Positions 30,298 to 40,969 are shown, counted from the first letter of the stretch. The stretch: 50,163 nt of DNA from Phycisphaerales bacterium (GCA_027451365.1 DAIDJN010000006.1:1-50163); one strand, 5' to 3'. The notes: generated by a model not told the origin, from the letters alone. Made by a program: numbers and translations.

Positions 30298-30798
30298 TCA
30301 ACCGTGGACGCCACCTTTTCGCGCTCCCGCGGAATCCGAGTCGTCCGTTGGCCGCGACGCAGGCGGAGCACCCGCGGGCTTTTGAGACTCGACGCATTGA
30401 GTACCCTCATCGCCAGGATGCCCATGCTCCGCGGTTTCTGATCGCCTTAAATTCAGCCTGAAGCTACTCCCGCCGGAGTTGATTAACGCCGGCCAATCAA
30501 TCGCTGGGCGCTTAGCGAAAACGATCAATGCAATCCACGCGCAACCAAGTACAGCGAAGGCGATTGCCGCCGGAAGCCAGCCCGGGAGGAGTAACGTCCA
30601 AAGACCAATTATGAGACAGTTCGCCACTAGCAAAGGCAGGGCGCAAAGGAAAAACAGATGGCAGCAGAATGTCCTAAGGCTGGCCCTCGCAACCCGTCGC
30701 GTGAAATAAACAGCGATGCCCGAAACGAGAACGAACAATATCTGAACTTCGACCGCGATAAATAGAATAGGCGGCGGATTGCCATCGCTTAGAAACAT
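30298..30798 (-). CDS. Small membrane protein, candidate immunity protein
   Basis: ATG 10 nt after the RHS stop; three hydrophobic helices; low-complexity tail may be degenerate. Confidence 0.6.
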   Translation of the reverse strand: MFLSDGNPPPILFIAVEVQILFVLVSGIAVYFTRRVARASLRTFCCHLFFLCALPLLVANCLIIGLWTLLLPGWLPAAIAFAVLGCAWIALIVFAKRPAIDWPALINSGGSSFRLNLRRSETAEHGHPGDEGTQCVESQKPAGAPPASRPTDDSDSAGARKGGVHG

Positions 30799-30808
30799 CG
30801 ACGACCCC

Positions 30809-31747
30809 TTAACCTGTGAAACATTTGCATTTCCCGATCGCACCTGCAAGGGATGAATTGAGCCGCCCCTGCATCGCTAGGAATAAGCCGAATTCGCGCC
30901 GAAATTGCCTAGGCACATTCACCGACGAGCCCTGGATTGCTTGGGTCACGTTGTAGCCGGTAATTATGCCAAGGCCGCCAATTTGCATACCGCCGCCGAC
31001 AATTCCGCCAATGGGCGGAAAAAATATCCTGCCGGCCCCAGCGGCCCCAACTTCTCCCAATGTGGGGACAATCGACAGAGCAGCCGTTATCATAGCTTGG
31101 CGTTCTGCCTGCGAAAGCTGGTCAAGAACACCCGCTTGATAAAGCGAGTTCGCCTCGGCCTGCACGGCTTCCTGATAGGTCTCGTCCATATACATCGTCG
31201 CCCGGTCGTAAAGCATGGCAAGCCGGGCGAGGCAAGCTTTTTTAGACTCACCAGGCCTTTGCCTAAAGTCGCCAATTTTTCCGACTGCCGCGTTAAACAA
31301 TCTATAGTCGGATATTGAGCCTTGCTGAACCTGCACATCTGGCGTAATACCATTCGGAAACCACCAAGTCACCGGATTCCACCAAGCAAGCCCCCACGGA
31401 TCCACCATTTCCGCCGCCATTCCCCCAACGTACTCATACAAATTAATCCCACCTTGATACCCAATCGGATCACGCTGAATCCAGCGGCCAAGAACGGGGT
31501 TATAATTCCGATTGCGGACGTAATAAAGCTGCGACTCCGGATCATAGCGATAACCGCAATAGATTATTTCATTCGCACAGGAGGTATTGGAGAAATTGGA
31601 GGTATCGCGGTGGCTACGGGCAGGCAGGATTTCTGCGATCCGGCGACCAGGAGATTTTCCCGTCTGCCAAGACTCATCGCGCCAGCGGCCGCAACTTCGC
31701 GGCTTGGTGCCGCGGTGGTGAAAAAATTGTTTATCCAGTGCGACCAT
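30809..31747 (-). CDS. Orphan RHS repeat-associated core with variable C-terminal domain
   Basis: ANEIIYCGYRYDPESQLYYVRNRNYNPVLGRWIQRDPIGYQGGINLYEYVGG...DPWGL, followed by a unique tip. The N-terminal ~55 codons do not look like RHS. Confidence 0.88.
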   Translation of the reverse strand: MVALDKQFFHHRGTKPRSCGRWRDESWQTGKSPGRRIAEILPARSHRDTSNFSNTSCANEIIYCGYRYDPESQLYYVRNRNYNPVLGRWIQRDPIGYQGGINLYEYVGGMAAEMVDPWGLAWWNPVTWWFPNGITPDVQVQQGSISDYRLFNAAVGKIGDFRQRPGESKKACLARLAMLYDRATMYMDETYQEAVQAEANSLYQAGVLDQLSQAERQAMITAALSIVPTLGEVGAAGAGRIFFPPIGGIVGGGMQIGGLGIITGYNVTQAIQGSSVNVPRQFRREFGLFLAMQGRLNSSLAGAIGKCKCFTG

Positions 31748-32458
31748 AAACTGCCTTGAGAAAGGTCGGACTTGCTTCGGTAATTTAAATCATACACTGG
31801 CATCCGCGGCGTACCAAGCCAATGCACGTTCTTTGCCGTCCATTCATCCGATACCCTCGGCTCACGGCCCATACGGAGTAAAAGGGAGCACAGTTCCCCG
31901 GTATTCAAGTGAAGCGATTCGTTCAATGCGGGCGATGCATTGCCAGTTCGTTTGAGACCGCCGGGGTGGCCAGTTTGTTGCGCCCGCCGCCATTATCGCC
32001 GACACACACCTGTTACTGATATCGACGAAAACACCGGTTCGCCAGAACTGGAAGGACTGCACCCCGAACCAAAAACGGCGAATCGCTGCGACGCACAGCG
32101 ACCGGCTGTTTGACATGTGAATACATTCCGGCATTTGGGCAGCCCGAACCGCTCTTTTAACCGGCTTAAACGAATCGGCCGCGCGGCTTTGGTAAAACAA
32201 GATAATTTCTTGAACGGTTCTTGCTCTCTGCTTTTATATGTTCTGGGCACAGCCGCCCGGGCGTTGCGCACATTTAAGGATGGGATAAAAGAGCAACGGT
32301 CAGGTCCCGGCCTTCGGTGTTACAGGACAATGTCGATACTGCTTCATCCTGACACTATGATGTAGCAGAATAAACGCCAGGCGCAGGGTAACTTTTTCCC
32401 TGCCTGTTCGTTTAAGCATAGTGTTGCACAGGTTATGATGTAGTATTGGCAGGTTTTC

Positions 32459-35176
32459 ATGCGACAGAGTCAGTTTCTGAGTTTTTTCCGGATTCACAGG
32501 GCTATTTATCGAACGGAACCAAGGGCGCTCGCCGCCGCATTGCGGCAAATGAATTTGGGGTTCATCGGCCTGGGGCTGACTCTTTTGGCGACACTTTTTT
32601 CGCAATCCCGCGCATTTGCGGATCGCAACGACCTGATGTTCCCGCCGCCAGCCGCAGTCGGTAAGTCGATCCGGGTGGATGGACAGGGATTTGTCCTTAA
32701 CGGCAAGCGAACATTCATAGCGTCCGGATCACTGCATTACGCGCGCGTGCCACGGGCATTATGGGCGGATCGCCTGACACGCATGAAACGCGCCGGCTTT
32801 AACGCCGTGTCGACCTATATCTTCTGGTCATTTCAGGAACCGCGCAAGGGAGACTATCGATTTACGGGCCGCCGGAACCTCAACGCTTTTCTGGCGCTGG
32901 TAAAAAAAATGCGCATGTACGCGATCCTGCGGATCGGACCGTATAACAACGGCGAATGGGCCAACGGCGGCCTGCCCAACTGGCTGCGATTTATTCCTGG
33001 CATGTCCGTGCGCAGCTACAATCAACCTTTTCTTAAGGCTCTTAAACCTTATTTCGACCGCCTGCTGCCAATGATCGCCAAAAACCAGATCACCCACGGC
33101 GGACCAGTGGTGCTGGTGCAGATAGACAACGAATATTTTCCGGGCTGGGGCGCAGTGCTGAACAATCGGTACCTGCGCTGGCTGCACGCAATTGCCATCG
33201 CCAAGGGAATCAATGTTCCATTTTTTTTCAGCGGACTGAATCAGGGGTTTAATCCGGCGGGCAATCAGCCGTTCGGCAATGCTGGACGCACCACACCGTG
33301 GTTTACCACAGAGATGTGGAGCGGCTGGTTCAATGCCTATCGCAACACAAATCCAGTGATCCGCCGGCTGGTCACACAATCGCTCTGGCGGGTTATATCA
33401 TTCGGCGGCAACGGGTACAACGCGTTTATGGCGGTTGGCGGCACAAATTTTTCGCACTGGAACTGCCGATCTGTGCGGGCAAGTTACGCATTCGGAGCCC
33501 CTGTCGGGCAGGCCGGCGACTTGCGAAGTTCCTATTATCAGTACAAGCGGGCAAATTTTTTCGCCCGGTCATTCGCCGCTATCCTCGAAAAAAGTCGCAA
33601 TGCGACGGATGCCTATCAATCGTTTGTTAAATCCACCAGAGCGCATATCCGGATTTACGCCCGCAAAAGTCCGGCCGGAACCATTGTATTTCTGATGAAT
33701 CCGGGGGACCGCCGAGTAGTGGTTAACGCGCCGGGCAACTGCCCGCTGACAATCAATCCGGGGCAGACCGTTCCGATTATATTGAACTTCGCCCCGTCAA
33801 AATGGTTCACGCTGCGCGAGGCTGTAACCCAAATTCTCGGCATCCAGAAAATGGGCAATACCCGCACGCTGGTGATGTACGGTGATGCGGGCGCAGCGGG
33901 AATGCTGCGGATTCAATTGGCCGCCAACACGAAAGTGCTTAAGCTGACCGGCGGATTCGTCCCCGAGGCGGCGAAACCGGGCCGGTATACCCTGCGCGTC
34001 TTGTACGCCAGCGCCGCGCCGCAGATTTTCCGTCTGGTCACGTCACGCGGCGTTTTTCAGGTGGTTGCCGAATCCAAAACCATGGCCGACAACACATGGT
34101 TCGTTCGCGCCGGCGGCCGGCCGGTGGTGGTGGCAGGACCACCTTATTTAAAGGCCATTGAACCATCCGGGCAAGGCTTCAGATTGCAGACAGACTGGCC
34201 GCTCAACCAGAAAGCCGGGGCCGTGGAAGTGATTGGATCCAAGGGTTTGCTGGCAAAATATGCCGCATATCCGCCAAATGAAACCCAGGCGATTGGTCCG
34301 GTTGTGCCGCGGCTAGGTCCGTGGCAGGTTCGGCTCGCCGATGCACCGGCCCAGCCCGCTTACAATGATTCAGGCTGGGCGAAAGTGGTTCAACCTCGCC
34401 AAATGGGCTACCCGGACTACCCCGGTGATTACGAATGGTACCGCACCAACATTCAGGTGCACCATGCCGTTTCAGGCACGCTGTTTATACCGCATGTGCG
34501 AGACCACGCCGCAATTTTTCTGAATGGAAAAATTCTGGCCTATGGCAATCCGGATCAGTTGCCCGTGCATTTAAATTCCGGCGAAAACACGCTTGCGATC
34601 CTTGCGATTGCGGAGGCTCGCAGCAAGCTTTTCAGCATTATTGGCGATTTCCGCAATGCAGATCGCAAAGGCCTGTGGCGAAATGTCCGCATCCGGCTCC
34701 CTGCGCCCGTTAAAAAGTCTTCTGCTGTAGCGGCTGCCGGGGCGGCACAGCCCCCAGCCGCGGTGGTTACGCGCACGCTTGGCCCATGGCGAATGCACGG
34801 AGGCATGGGACCGGTGAATCCGTCTTCCGGCTGGCAAACATTGGGAGGTCCGCCAGGCGTTGTCTGCTTTTACCGGGCTCAATTTCAATGGGCACCCGAT
34901 GTAAGGGGCATTCATACCGTATTGCGGGTTAATCCCGGAACATTAAGTACGGGCTATATGTATCTCAATGGCCACAACCTCGGCCGCTATCCTGACTTTA
35001 ACATGCCGCTGGGACTTTATCTGCCAAGCTGCTGGCTGAAGAAAGGCCTTAACACCTTAATTATTCTGGATGACGCCGGGGGATCGCCCGGAGCCACAAA
35101 AATTGTAGCTGAATTGCCAGCTTCGCGCCGGCACGTTGTTTATGGGACAGCCGTTGCTAAGTCCACGGTCCAATGA
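32459..35176 (+). CDS. Glycoside hydrolase family 35 beta-galactosidase, secreted
   Basis: SGSLHYARVP, RIGPYNNGEWANGGLPNWL, GGPVVLVQIDNEY (acid/base), TEMWSGWF (nucleophile), GGTNF, C-terminal LNGHNLGRY...LYLP. Confidence 0.92.
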   Translation: MRQSQFLSFFRIHRAIYRTEPRALAAALRQMNLGFIGLGLTLLATLFSQSRAFADRNDLMFPPPAAVGKSIRVDGQGFVLNGKRTFIASGSLHYARVPRALWADRLTRMKRAGFNAVSTYIFWSFQEPRKGDYRFTGRRNLNAFLALVKKMRMYAILRIGPYNNGEWANGGLPNWLRFIPGMSVRSYNQPFLKALKPYFDRLLPMIAKNQITHGGPVVLVQIDNEYFPGWGAVLNNRYLRWLHAIAIAKGINVPFFFSGLNQGFNPAGNQPFGNAGRTTPWFTTEMWSGWFNAYRNTNPVIRRLVTQSLWRVISFGGNGYNAFMAVGGTNFSHWNCRSVRASYAFGAPVGQAGDLRSSYYQYKRANFFARSFAAILEKSRNATDAYQSFVKSTRAHIRIYARKSPAGTIVFLMNPGDRRVVVNAPGNCPLTINPGQTVPIILNFAPSKWFTLREAVTQILGIQKMGNTRTLVMYGDAGAAGMLRIQLAANTKVLKLTGGFVPEAAKPGRYTLRVLYASAAPQIFRLVTSRGVFQVVAESKTMADNTWFVRAGGRPVVVAGPPYLKAIEPSGQGFRLQTDWPLNQKAGAVEVIGSKGLLAKYAAYPPNETQAIGPVVPRLGPWQVRLADAPAQPAYNDSGWAKVVQPRQMGYPDYPGDYEWYRTNIQVHHAVSGTLFIPHVRDHAAIFLNGKILAYGNPDQLPVHLNSGENTLAILAIAEARSKLFSIIGDFRNADRKGLWRNVRIRLPAPVKKSSAVAAAGAAQPPAAVVTRTLGPWRMHGGMGPVNPSSGWQTLGGPPGVVCFYRAQFQWAPDVRGIHTVLRVNPGTLSTGYMYLNGHNLGRYPDFNMPLGLYLPSCWLKKGLNTLIILDDAGGSPGATKIVAELPASRRHVVYGTAVAKSTVQ

Positions 35177-35597
35177 ATATTGCCAGAAACCGGCCCAGGA
35201 ATGCGTGGCGGTTTGATGCGTGCTGCGAATCGGCAAGCCGCCCGGCCAATGGAGGCAACACAGTGCAAATCTATTGCACGTTGTTCGCACGAGTGAAAAA
35301 TTTTTATTTCAGGTCTTTTCATTCAACCGCATATGCAGTACAACCTGACAACCGCGGCGCGAGGCCCTAATATGGATGAGCGCTGAACCAAGCCTTGGGT
35401 AAGGGCGTATCATCATCGGCGCAGGCGGTTCTATTTGAGCATTTACCGTCCAAGTGCCGATAAAACTGGTAAGCGGGCGGAAATATGGCCCGGTCCGCAC
35501 CGGAAAGAGAGACAATTGACCGCATGACGGTTGATCGCGGCGCTGCCTTAGCTGGTAATGACCGAAAAATGGCAATTTTTTACGAATTACAGGAGCC

Positions 35598-37718
35598 ATG
35601 ATGCCTCCCGAAGCAGAATCTGTGAACCGGCCATCCACCTCGGAGCCAAACGTTAGCAATCATCAGCACGATCATGGTCACAACGATCCCGATCATTCAC
35701 ATCATCATGATCACGATAGTCATACACATCAGGCCGGTATCGAATGCGCCTGCGGCCATGAACATGATGGGAATGGTGGACATACGCACAGTGGCGTGGG
35801 CCTCAATTTCCAACTTACCGTGCTGGTCCCGGTAACTGTGGCGATTCTCATCCTTTCCATTATTTTTTATCAATTTGCCAATGAACAGGCCATCGCCCGC
35901 GGACTTGGTCTTCTGGCGGCACTGATTGCCGGCGGGCCGATTATCTGGTCGGCGATTAAAGGTCTGGCGCGCGGCCAGACCAATGTAAACGAACTTGTCG
36001 CCATGAGCATCATCGGCGCGATTGCCCTGAACATGCCCATTGAGGCGGGACTCGTGGCGCTTATTCTGCAAATTGGCGCATTAATTGAATCGGTCGCGGC
36101 GGAAAGCGCCCGCAATGCGGTTCTCGCATTGCAGAACCTGGCACCCATTCACGCTCGTATCCGCCGCAATGGCGCGGATGTAGTCATTTCCGCAGATGAT
36201 CTGAAAGTTGGCGACACACTGATTGTCCAGCCCGGCGAACGCATCGCAGGCGATGGCGACGTTTTGCGCGGCAGCACAAGTGTGGATGAATCAATGGTAA
36301 CCGGGGAATCTATTCCGGTGGACAAAATTGTCGGAGCCACAATGCTCGCGGGCACCATCAACCTGACCGGTTCCGCCGAAGTGCAAGTGACCCGGGTGGG
36401 CGAAAATTCCGCCCTGGGCCAGACCATTGCGCTGGTGGCCCGAGCCCAGCAGTTTCAACCCAAAATCGTCCGCGCTGCCGATCGTTTTTTTGCGTTTTAC
36501 ACGCCCATTATACTGGCGGTTTCCGTGGTGGCGTGGTGGGTCAGCGGCGTACCGGAGCGCATGGTCACCATGTGGGTGGTCGGCTGCCCGTGCGCCATGC
36601 TGCTGGCTTCGCCACTGGCCATTGTCGTCGCCCTGGCGCGTGCCAGTCGCAGCGGCATTCAGATTAAGGCCGGCCCGTTCGTGGAAGCATCCGTGAATCT
36701 GGACACGATTGTGTTTGACAAAACCGGCACAATTACCACCGGCCGGTTTATTGTCCAAAGCGTTCGCCCTTCGCCCGGTGTGTCCGAAGATGAACTGCTG
36801 TCGCTTTTAGCCGCAGTGGAAAACCGCAGCACGCATCCCCTGGCCAGCGCCATTATCCGGCATGTGCGCGGCCGCAATATTGATTTTCATGAAGCCGCGG
36901 ATGTTACCGTGCTCGAAGGGCTGGGCGTCGAATCGACCATTAACGGGCAGGTGACACGCGCCGGTTCGGTCAAGATTTTATCCGCCGAGATGGCCACACA
37001 GGCCACCGAGCTGGAAGATATCAACTCGGAAGTGCCGCTGGTGCCTGTATACCTTACCCACGGCAACCGGCTTATGGGCGCCATCTGCATGACCGACGAA
37101 ATTCGCCCCGAAGCCCGCCGCACCATTAAACGATTGCGCGGCCTGGGCGTGAAGAAAATAGTGATGATGACCGGCGATCGTCGCAAAACCGCCCAGATGG
37201 TGGGCCGTGCGGTAGGTTGTGACGATGTGTATGCCGAGCTGCTGCCCAGTCAGAAAGAAGAACTCATCCGCCAGTTGCAGCGCGGTGGCCACGGTGTGGC
37301 CATGGTCGGCGACGGAATTAACGATGCCCCATCGCTGGCGGCGGCCACCGTCGGCATCGCCATGGGCATCCATGGCACTGGAGCGGCCATCGAAGCGGCC
37401 GACGCCGTGCTGCTGAAAGATGACCTGACGAAAATTCCACTGCTTATTTATCTGGCCAGACAGACCCGCGTGGCTATATTCCAGAATCTGTTCTTCGCCC
37501 TTATTTTTGCCGGCGCGGCGGAAGTGATGGCGGCCTTCGGCCTGTTTGACCCCGTCGTTGCCGCACTGGTGCACATGCTGGCGGTCGTGATTATTGCGGT
37601 CAATTCGGTACGCCTCGCGGGCAACGTGGGCGTCAGCAATCGGCCCATGCCGCGACGCAATGCGGATCCGGCGGAAAGTCAGGCTCCGACGCCCGCGCCA
37701 TCGCTGCTGCCGGTGTAA
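35598..37718 (+). CDS. Heavy-metal translocating P1B-type ATPase with His-rich N-terminus
   Basis: TGES, GCPCAML, DKTGT, THP, TGD, GDGINDAP. N-terminal HQHDHGH...CACGHEH. Confidence 0.93.
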   Translation: MMPPEAESVNRPSTSEPNVSNHQHDHGHNDPDHSHHHDHDSHTHQAGIECACGHEHDGNGGHTHSGVGLNFQLTVLVPVTVAILILSIIFYQFANEQAIARGLGLLAALIAGGPIIWSAIKGLARGQTNVNELVAMSIIGAIALNMPIEAGLVALILQIGALIESVAAESARNAVLALQNLAPIHARIRRNGADVVISADDLKVGDTLIVQPGERIAGDGDVLRGSTSVDESMVTGESIPVDKIVGATMLAGTINLTGSAEVQVTRVGENSALGQTIALVARAQQFQPKIVRAADRFFAFYTPIILAVSVVAWWVSGVPERMVTMWVVGCPCAMLLASPLAIVVALARASRSGIQIKAGPFVEASVNLDTIVFDKTGTITTGRFIVQSVRPSPGVSEDELLSLLAAVENRSTHPLASAIIRHVRGRNIDFHEAADVTVLEGLGVESTINGQVTRAGSVKILSAEMATQATELEDINSEVPLVPVYLTHGNRLMGAICMTDEIRPEARRTIKRLRGLGVKKIVMMTGDRRKTAQMVGRAVGCDDVYAELLPSQKEELIRQLQRGGHGVAMVGDGINDAPSLAAATVGIAMGIHGTGAAIEAADAVLLKDDLTKIPLLIYLARQTRVAIFQNLFFALIFAGAAEVMAAFGLFDPVVAALVHMLAVVIIAVNSVRLAGNVGVSNRPMPRRNADPAESQAPTPAPSLLPV

Positions 37719-37827
37719 AAGATGGCCGGTGTAAATAATGATACATGGTGCGGGTTGTAAATATGGAGTTGGAGACATGGAAACAGAAATAGTTATGGCC
37801 GCCGTGCCACGGTGAAGAGGATACCAC

Positions 37828-39879
37828 TTGAAAAAATCTGAAATCATTGCGTTATGGGTAATGGTCTGCCTGGCAATTGTGACCGCGATTCTGGGATTGG
37901 CCGTATTCAAATATGGCACCGTCTGCTTCTGGGCTGGTCTGTTCGGCGCCGGCTCGCAGACCTTGCTCGCCGCACTCGCCTGGTGGGGCTTGCGGCTGGC
38001 TGGCCAGCAGGCGTCGCTGGTGGAGGAAGCCACCGCCGCCAAAAGCTTCACGCCCATTGCGCCACTGGGCACATTCCACATGAGTTATTCCGATGATGCC
38101 GCGCGCATCGTCGCGCCGCCTACACCGGTTGAACCGGAAGACATTACGACTCTGGATACCGGTTTCCAGCGGGTGGTCATCGCTCTGGCCGCACTTCTGC
38201 TGATGGGCCTCTCCGCGATTGCAGGCTGGATGGTCTACCGGAATTTTGCGGCCGTTCTGCCGGGCAAACCAATTGTTATTTCGCCAGTGGCGATCGACCC
38301 CGGCGCGGTTGTGGCGGCGGCCGGAACGCTGCTGCTGTACTTCATCATGATGTCATTTTCCCGTGTGGCTCCGGAATCGGAAGGATACGGCGAGGCCGCC
38401 AATGGAATCGCCCTTCTGGGTCTGCCCGGCGCGCTGGTGCTGGCCGCCGCAATTTGTGCGGCATGGGCGGGCATTTCCTACGCCACGCAGGCGGCTGCAA
38501 TATTCATTGCGGCGGTCATGTTCCTGCAAGCGCTGGAACTGGGAATTAACGCCCTTCGTAATTATGGAGCCATTGAAGAAATTGATCAGGCCGGCCTGGA
38601 CCTGCAGCAATTGCCGCTGGTGCCACTCCTGAGCAGCGGCTGGATTGTGGGCGTGCGCGTGCTGCTGGGCGAAAGCATCGGCTGGACACGGGATTCCAAA
38701 ACCGCACCGGGCGTCTTAGCCCGTCTGCTGCCGCGGATTGTGCTGGCGGGAATCGCCATATTGCTTGGCCTTAGCACACTGCATATTGTGCCCACCGGCG
38801 ATGTGGGCATTCGCGAACATCTTGGCACGACCACCGCCTACGATCTTCAGCATCCGCTGCCACCTGGCCTGCATGTGCTATGGCCATGGCCGGTGGACGA
38901 GCTTCAATTTGTTCCCACAGCCAGACTGAATAAAGTGGATGTGGGAACCGAGGAAGCGCATAAATCCAAGCTCGGCGAGGCGGTTTTTTCGTTCTGGAGT
39001 TCGCACGAATCAATTCCCGGCATGGAATTCATGACTGGTGATGTCAACGCGGCCGGCGCCAGTTCATCGGAACTTCTGGACGGCTTTGTGTTCATGTCAT
39101 GGCGGGTAAAAAATCCGGGATTATTTTTCCACAATATCTCCAATAAAAATATAATTGAATACGGCAACAGCGCCGGCACCGGCGATACCGCACATGTCCG
39201 CCGGATGGATCAAGCTCTGGTGCACCAGGTGTTTTTATCCAGCATTTCACAGGTTTTCGCCGTGCATTCACTTCAGCAGATCATGCAGTCGGATATTCAA
39301 CCCGTCGCCGACCAGATTCGCGCGATGGCGCAAAAACAGCTTGACTCCCTGGGTGCGGGCATAGAAATTGAAGATGTGGACATTAAAGACATTCATCCGC
39401 CCAAGGGATTCACAACCATGACCGCGCACGGTAAGCAGCTTGGCCCCGCGGCCGCGTTTGAAAATGTTGTCAGCATGCGGGAATTTAAACACATGGTAAT
39501 CGCGCGGGCGAAACAGGAGCGATTCAAGGATCGACACGTCGCAACGGGCGCGGCATCCAGTGAAGTGGCGCGTGCGCAGGCTTATGAAACCAGCCTGATC
39601 AATACCGAAGAAGGCCGCGCGGCGGCGATTCTTGCCAGGTCCAAGGCATTTGCCGCTTCACATGGCACAGCCGCCAACTGGGAATTCTACCAGGTTATGG
39701 GGAAGATTTTTGCCTCCATTAATAAGGTTGTGCTTGGTCCGGATGTGACGCCACCGGAAATCTGGCAGATTGGCCATCGGTCCAGTGGTAACATCAACGT
39801 GCCACCGCCGTCCGGTCCGCCGGGCGGACTGGGCAATCCAATAGGAATGCCTTCCGGGCAAAATCCGGGCGGTGGTTGA
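37828..39879 (+). CDS. SPFH/HflK-like protein with multi-TM N-terminal extension
   Basis: Several TM helices, then GIREHLG...PGLHVLWPWPVD...FMTGD...GIEIEDVDIKDIHPP...AAFENV. TTG start. Confidence 0.82.
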   Translation: MKKSEIIALWVMVCLAIVTAILGLAVFKYGTVCFWAGLFGAGSQTLLAALAWWGLRLAGQQASLVEEATAAKSFTPIAPLGTFHMSYSDDAARIVAPPTPVEPEDITTLDTGFQRVVIALAALLLMGLSAIAGWMVYRNFAAVLPGKPIVISPVAIDPGAVVAAAGTLLLYFIMMSFSRVAPESEGYGEAANGIALLGLPGALVLAAAICAAWAGISYATQAAAIFIAAVMFLQALELGINALRNYGAIEEIDQAGLDLQQLPLVPLLSSGWIVGVRVLLGESIGWTRDSKTAPGVLARLLPRIVLAGIAILLGLSTLHIVPTGDVGIREHLGTTTAYDLQHPLPPGLHVLWPWPVDELQFVPTARLNKVDVGTEEAHKSKLGEAVFSFWSSHESIPGMEFMTGDVNAAGASSSELLDGFVFMSWRVKNPGLFFHNISNKNIIEYGNSAGTGDTAHVRRMDQALVHQVFLSSISQVFAVHSLQQIMQSDIQPVADQIRAMAQKQLDSLGAGIEIEDVDIKDIHPPKGFTTMTAHGKQLGPAAAFENVVSMREFKHMVIARAKQERFKDRHVATGAASSEVARAQAYETSLINTEEGRAAAILARSKAFAASHGTAANWEFYQVMGKIFASINKVVLGPDVTPPEIWQIGHRSSGNINVPPPSGPPGGLGNPIGMPSGQNPGGG

Positions 39880-39936
39880 AAACCGCGTATTATTTGCAAA
39901 GACGGAATTTATCGATTTTTTCAGGAAAACGAGTTT

Positions 39937-40890
39937 ATGCGAAAACTGACCATTTTTATTATTTCAATCTGTGCGCTGGCCGTGCTGTTTCTGGTCATGT
40001 GCACATTTGTGGCCAAGCCCTATCAGACGGTTCTGCTGAATCGTTTCGGCAGAATAATCACCAAGCCGACAAAAATCTGCTACAACTGGTATCTCTGCTG
40101 GCCGACGGATAAGGTGATCCGCATGGACAACCGTTTGCACCTCTACCAAAGCAACAACCGGGAAGTCAGCACCGCTTCGGGAGCTGGCGAGCCGATTACC
40201 ATCCGCACCTGGGCGGCATGGCGCATTACGAATCCGGAGCAGTTCTATATTCGTTTTCCCGGCGGACCGCTGGTAATGAAAACCTTTCTGGACAGCAAAA
40301 TTGAAGGCGTCGTGCAAAGCGTCATGGGGCAATACCACCTGCATCAGCTTTTCAATACGGATGCCTCCAAAATCCGAACCCCGGAAATTGAATCTCAGAT
40401 GCGCACCGAGGTCAATTCCACCATTTCGGGTCGATGGGGTATAAAGCTCATCGCCATTGGTATTTCACGAATGACGTTTCCACCGCAGGTTGCCCAGTCG
40501 GTGTACAACCGTATGGCCGCCGAACGCAATAAAATCGCCAGTAAATACCGCAATGAGGGATTAAGCCAGGCGACGGCGATTATTGCCCAGGGTGAGGAGC
40601 AGGCCACGGAAATTCGTTCGGAAGCGGAAAAAACGGCCGAAGAATTGCGCGGCAATGGGGACGCCAAGGCCTATGCCATTCTCAATGAAGCACAACAGAC
40701 GCCCGCAGCCCGGCGGTTTTACCGATTCTGGAAATCGCTTCAATTATTTAAGAATTCCATGGGGGCAAGCACGTATTGGGTGCTGACACCAAATAATCCG
40801 ATTACCGCGCCGCTGTTCGACCAGATGAAAACAGCCTCGCAAAGCAGCAATATGTTGGCACCGAAAGGTAAAAGCGCGGCGGGTAAATAA
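39937..40890 (+). CDS. SPFH/HflC-like protein
   Basis: Single N-terminal TM; RFGRI, WRITNPEQF, GIKLIAIGI, VYNRMAAERNKIASKYRNEG, FYRFWKSL. Confidence 0.88.
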   Translation: MRKLTIFIISICALAVLFLVMCTFVAKPYQTVLLNRFGRIITKPTKICYNWYLCWPTDKVIRMDNRLHLYQSNNREVSTASGAGEPITIRTWAAWRITNPEQFYIRFPGGPLVMKTFLDSKIEGVVQSVMGQYHLHQLFNTDASKIRTPEIESQMRTEVNSTISGRWGIKLIAIGISRMTFPPQVAQSVYNRMAAERNKIASKYRNEGLSQATAIIAQGEEQATEIRSEAEKTAEELRGNGDAKAYAILNEAQQTPAARRFYRFWKSLQLFKNSMGASTYWVLTPNNPITAPLFDQMKTASQSSNMLAPKGKSAAGK

Positions 40891-40969
40891 TTTCCCCCCC
40901 CCCAGCCCGGAACGAGTTGCAGGCCCGGTGGCTGGGACACCGGAAAAATTCATCAGGAACCGCATTGTT

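Noticed and set aside
31750..32440. Short ORFs upstream of the RHS cassettes
   Set aside because: No recognisable motifs or RBS. They may be decayed cassette DNA, but I cannot support a call.
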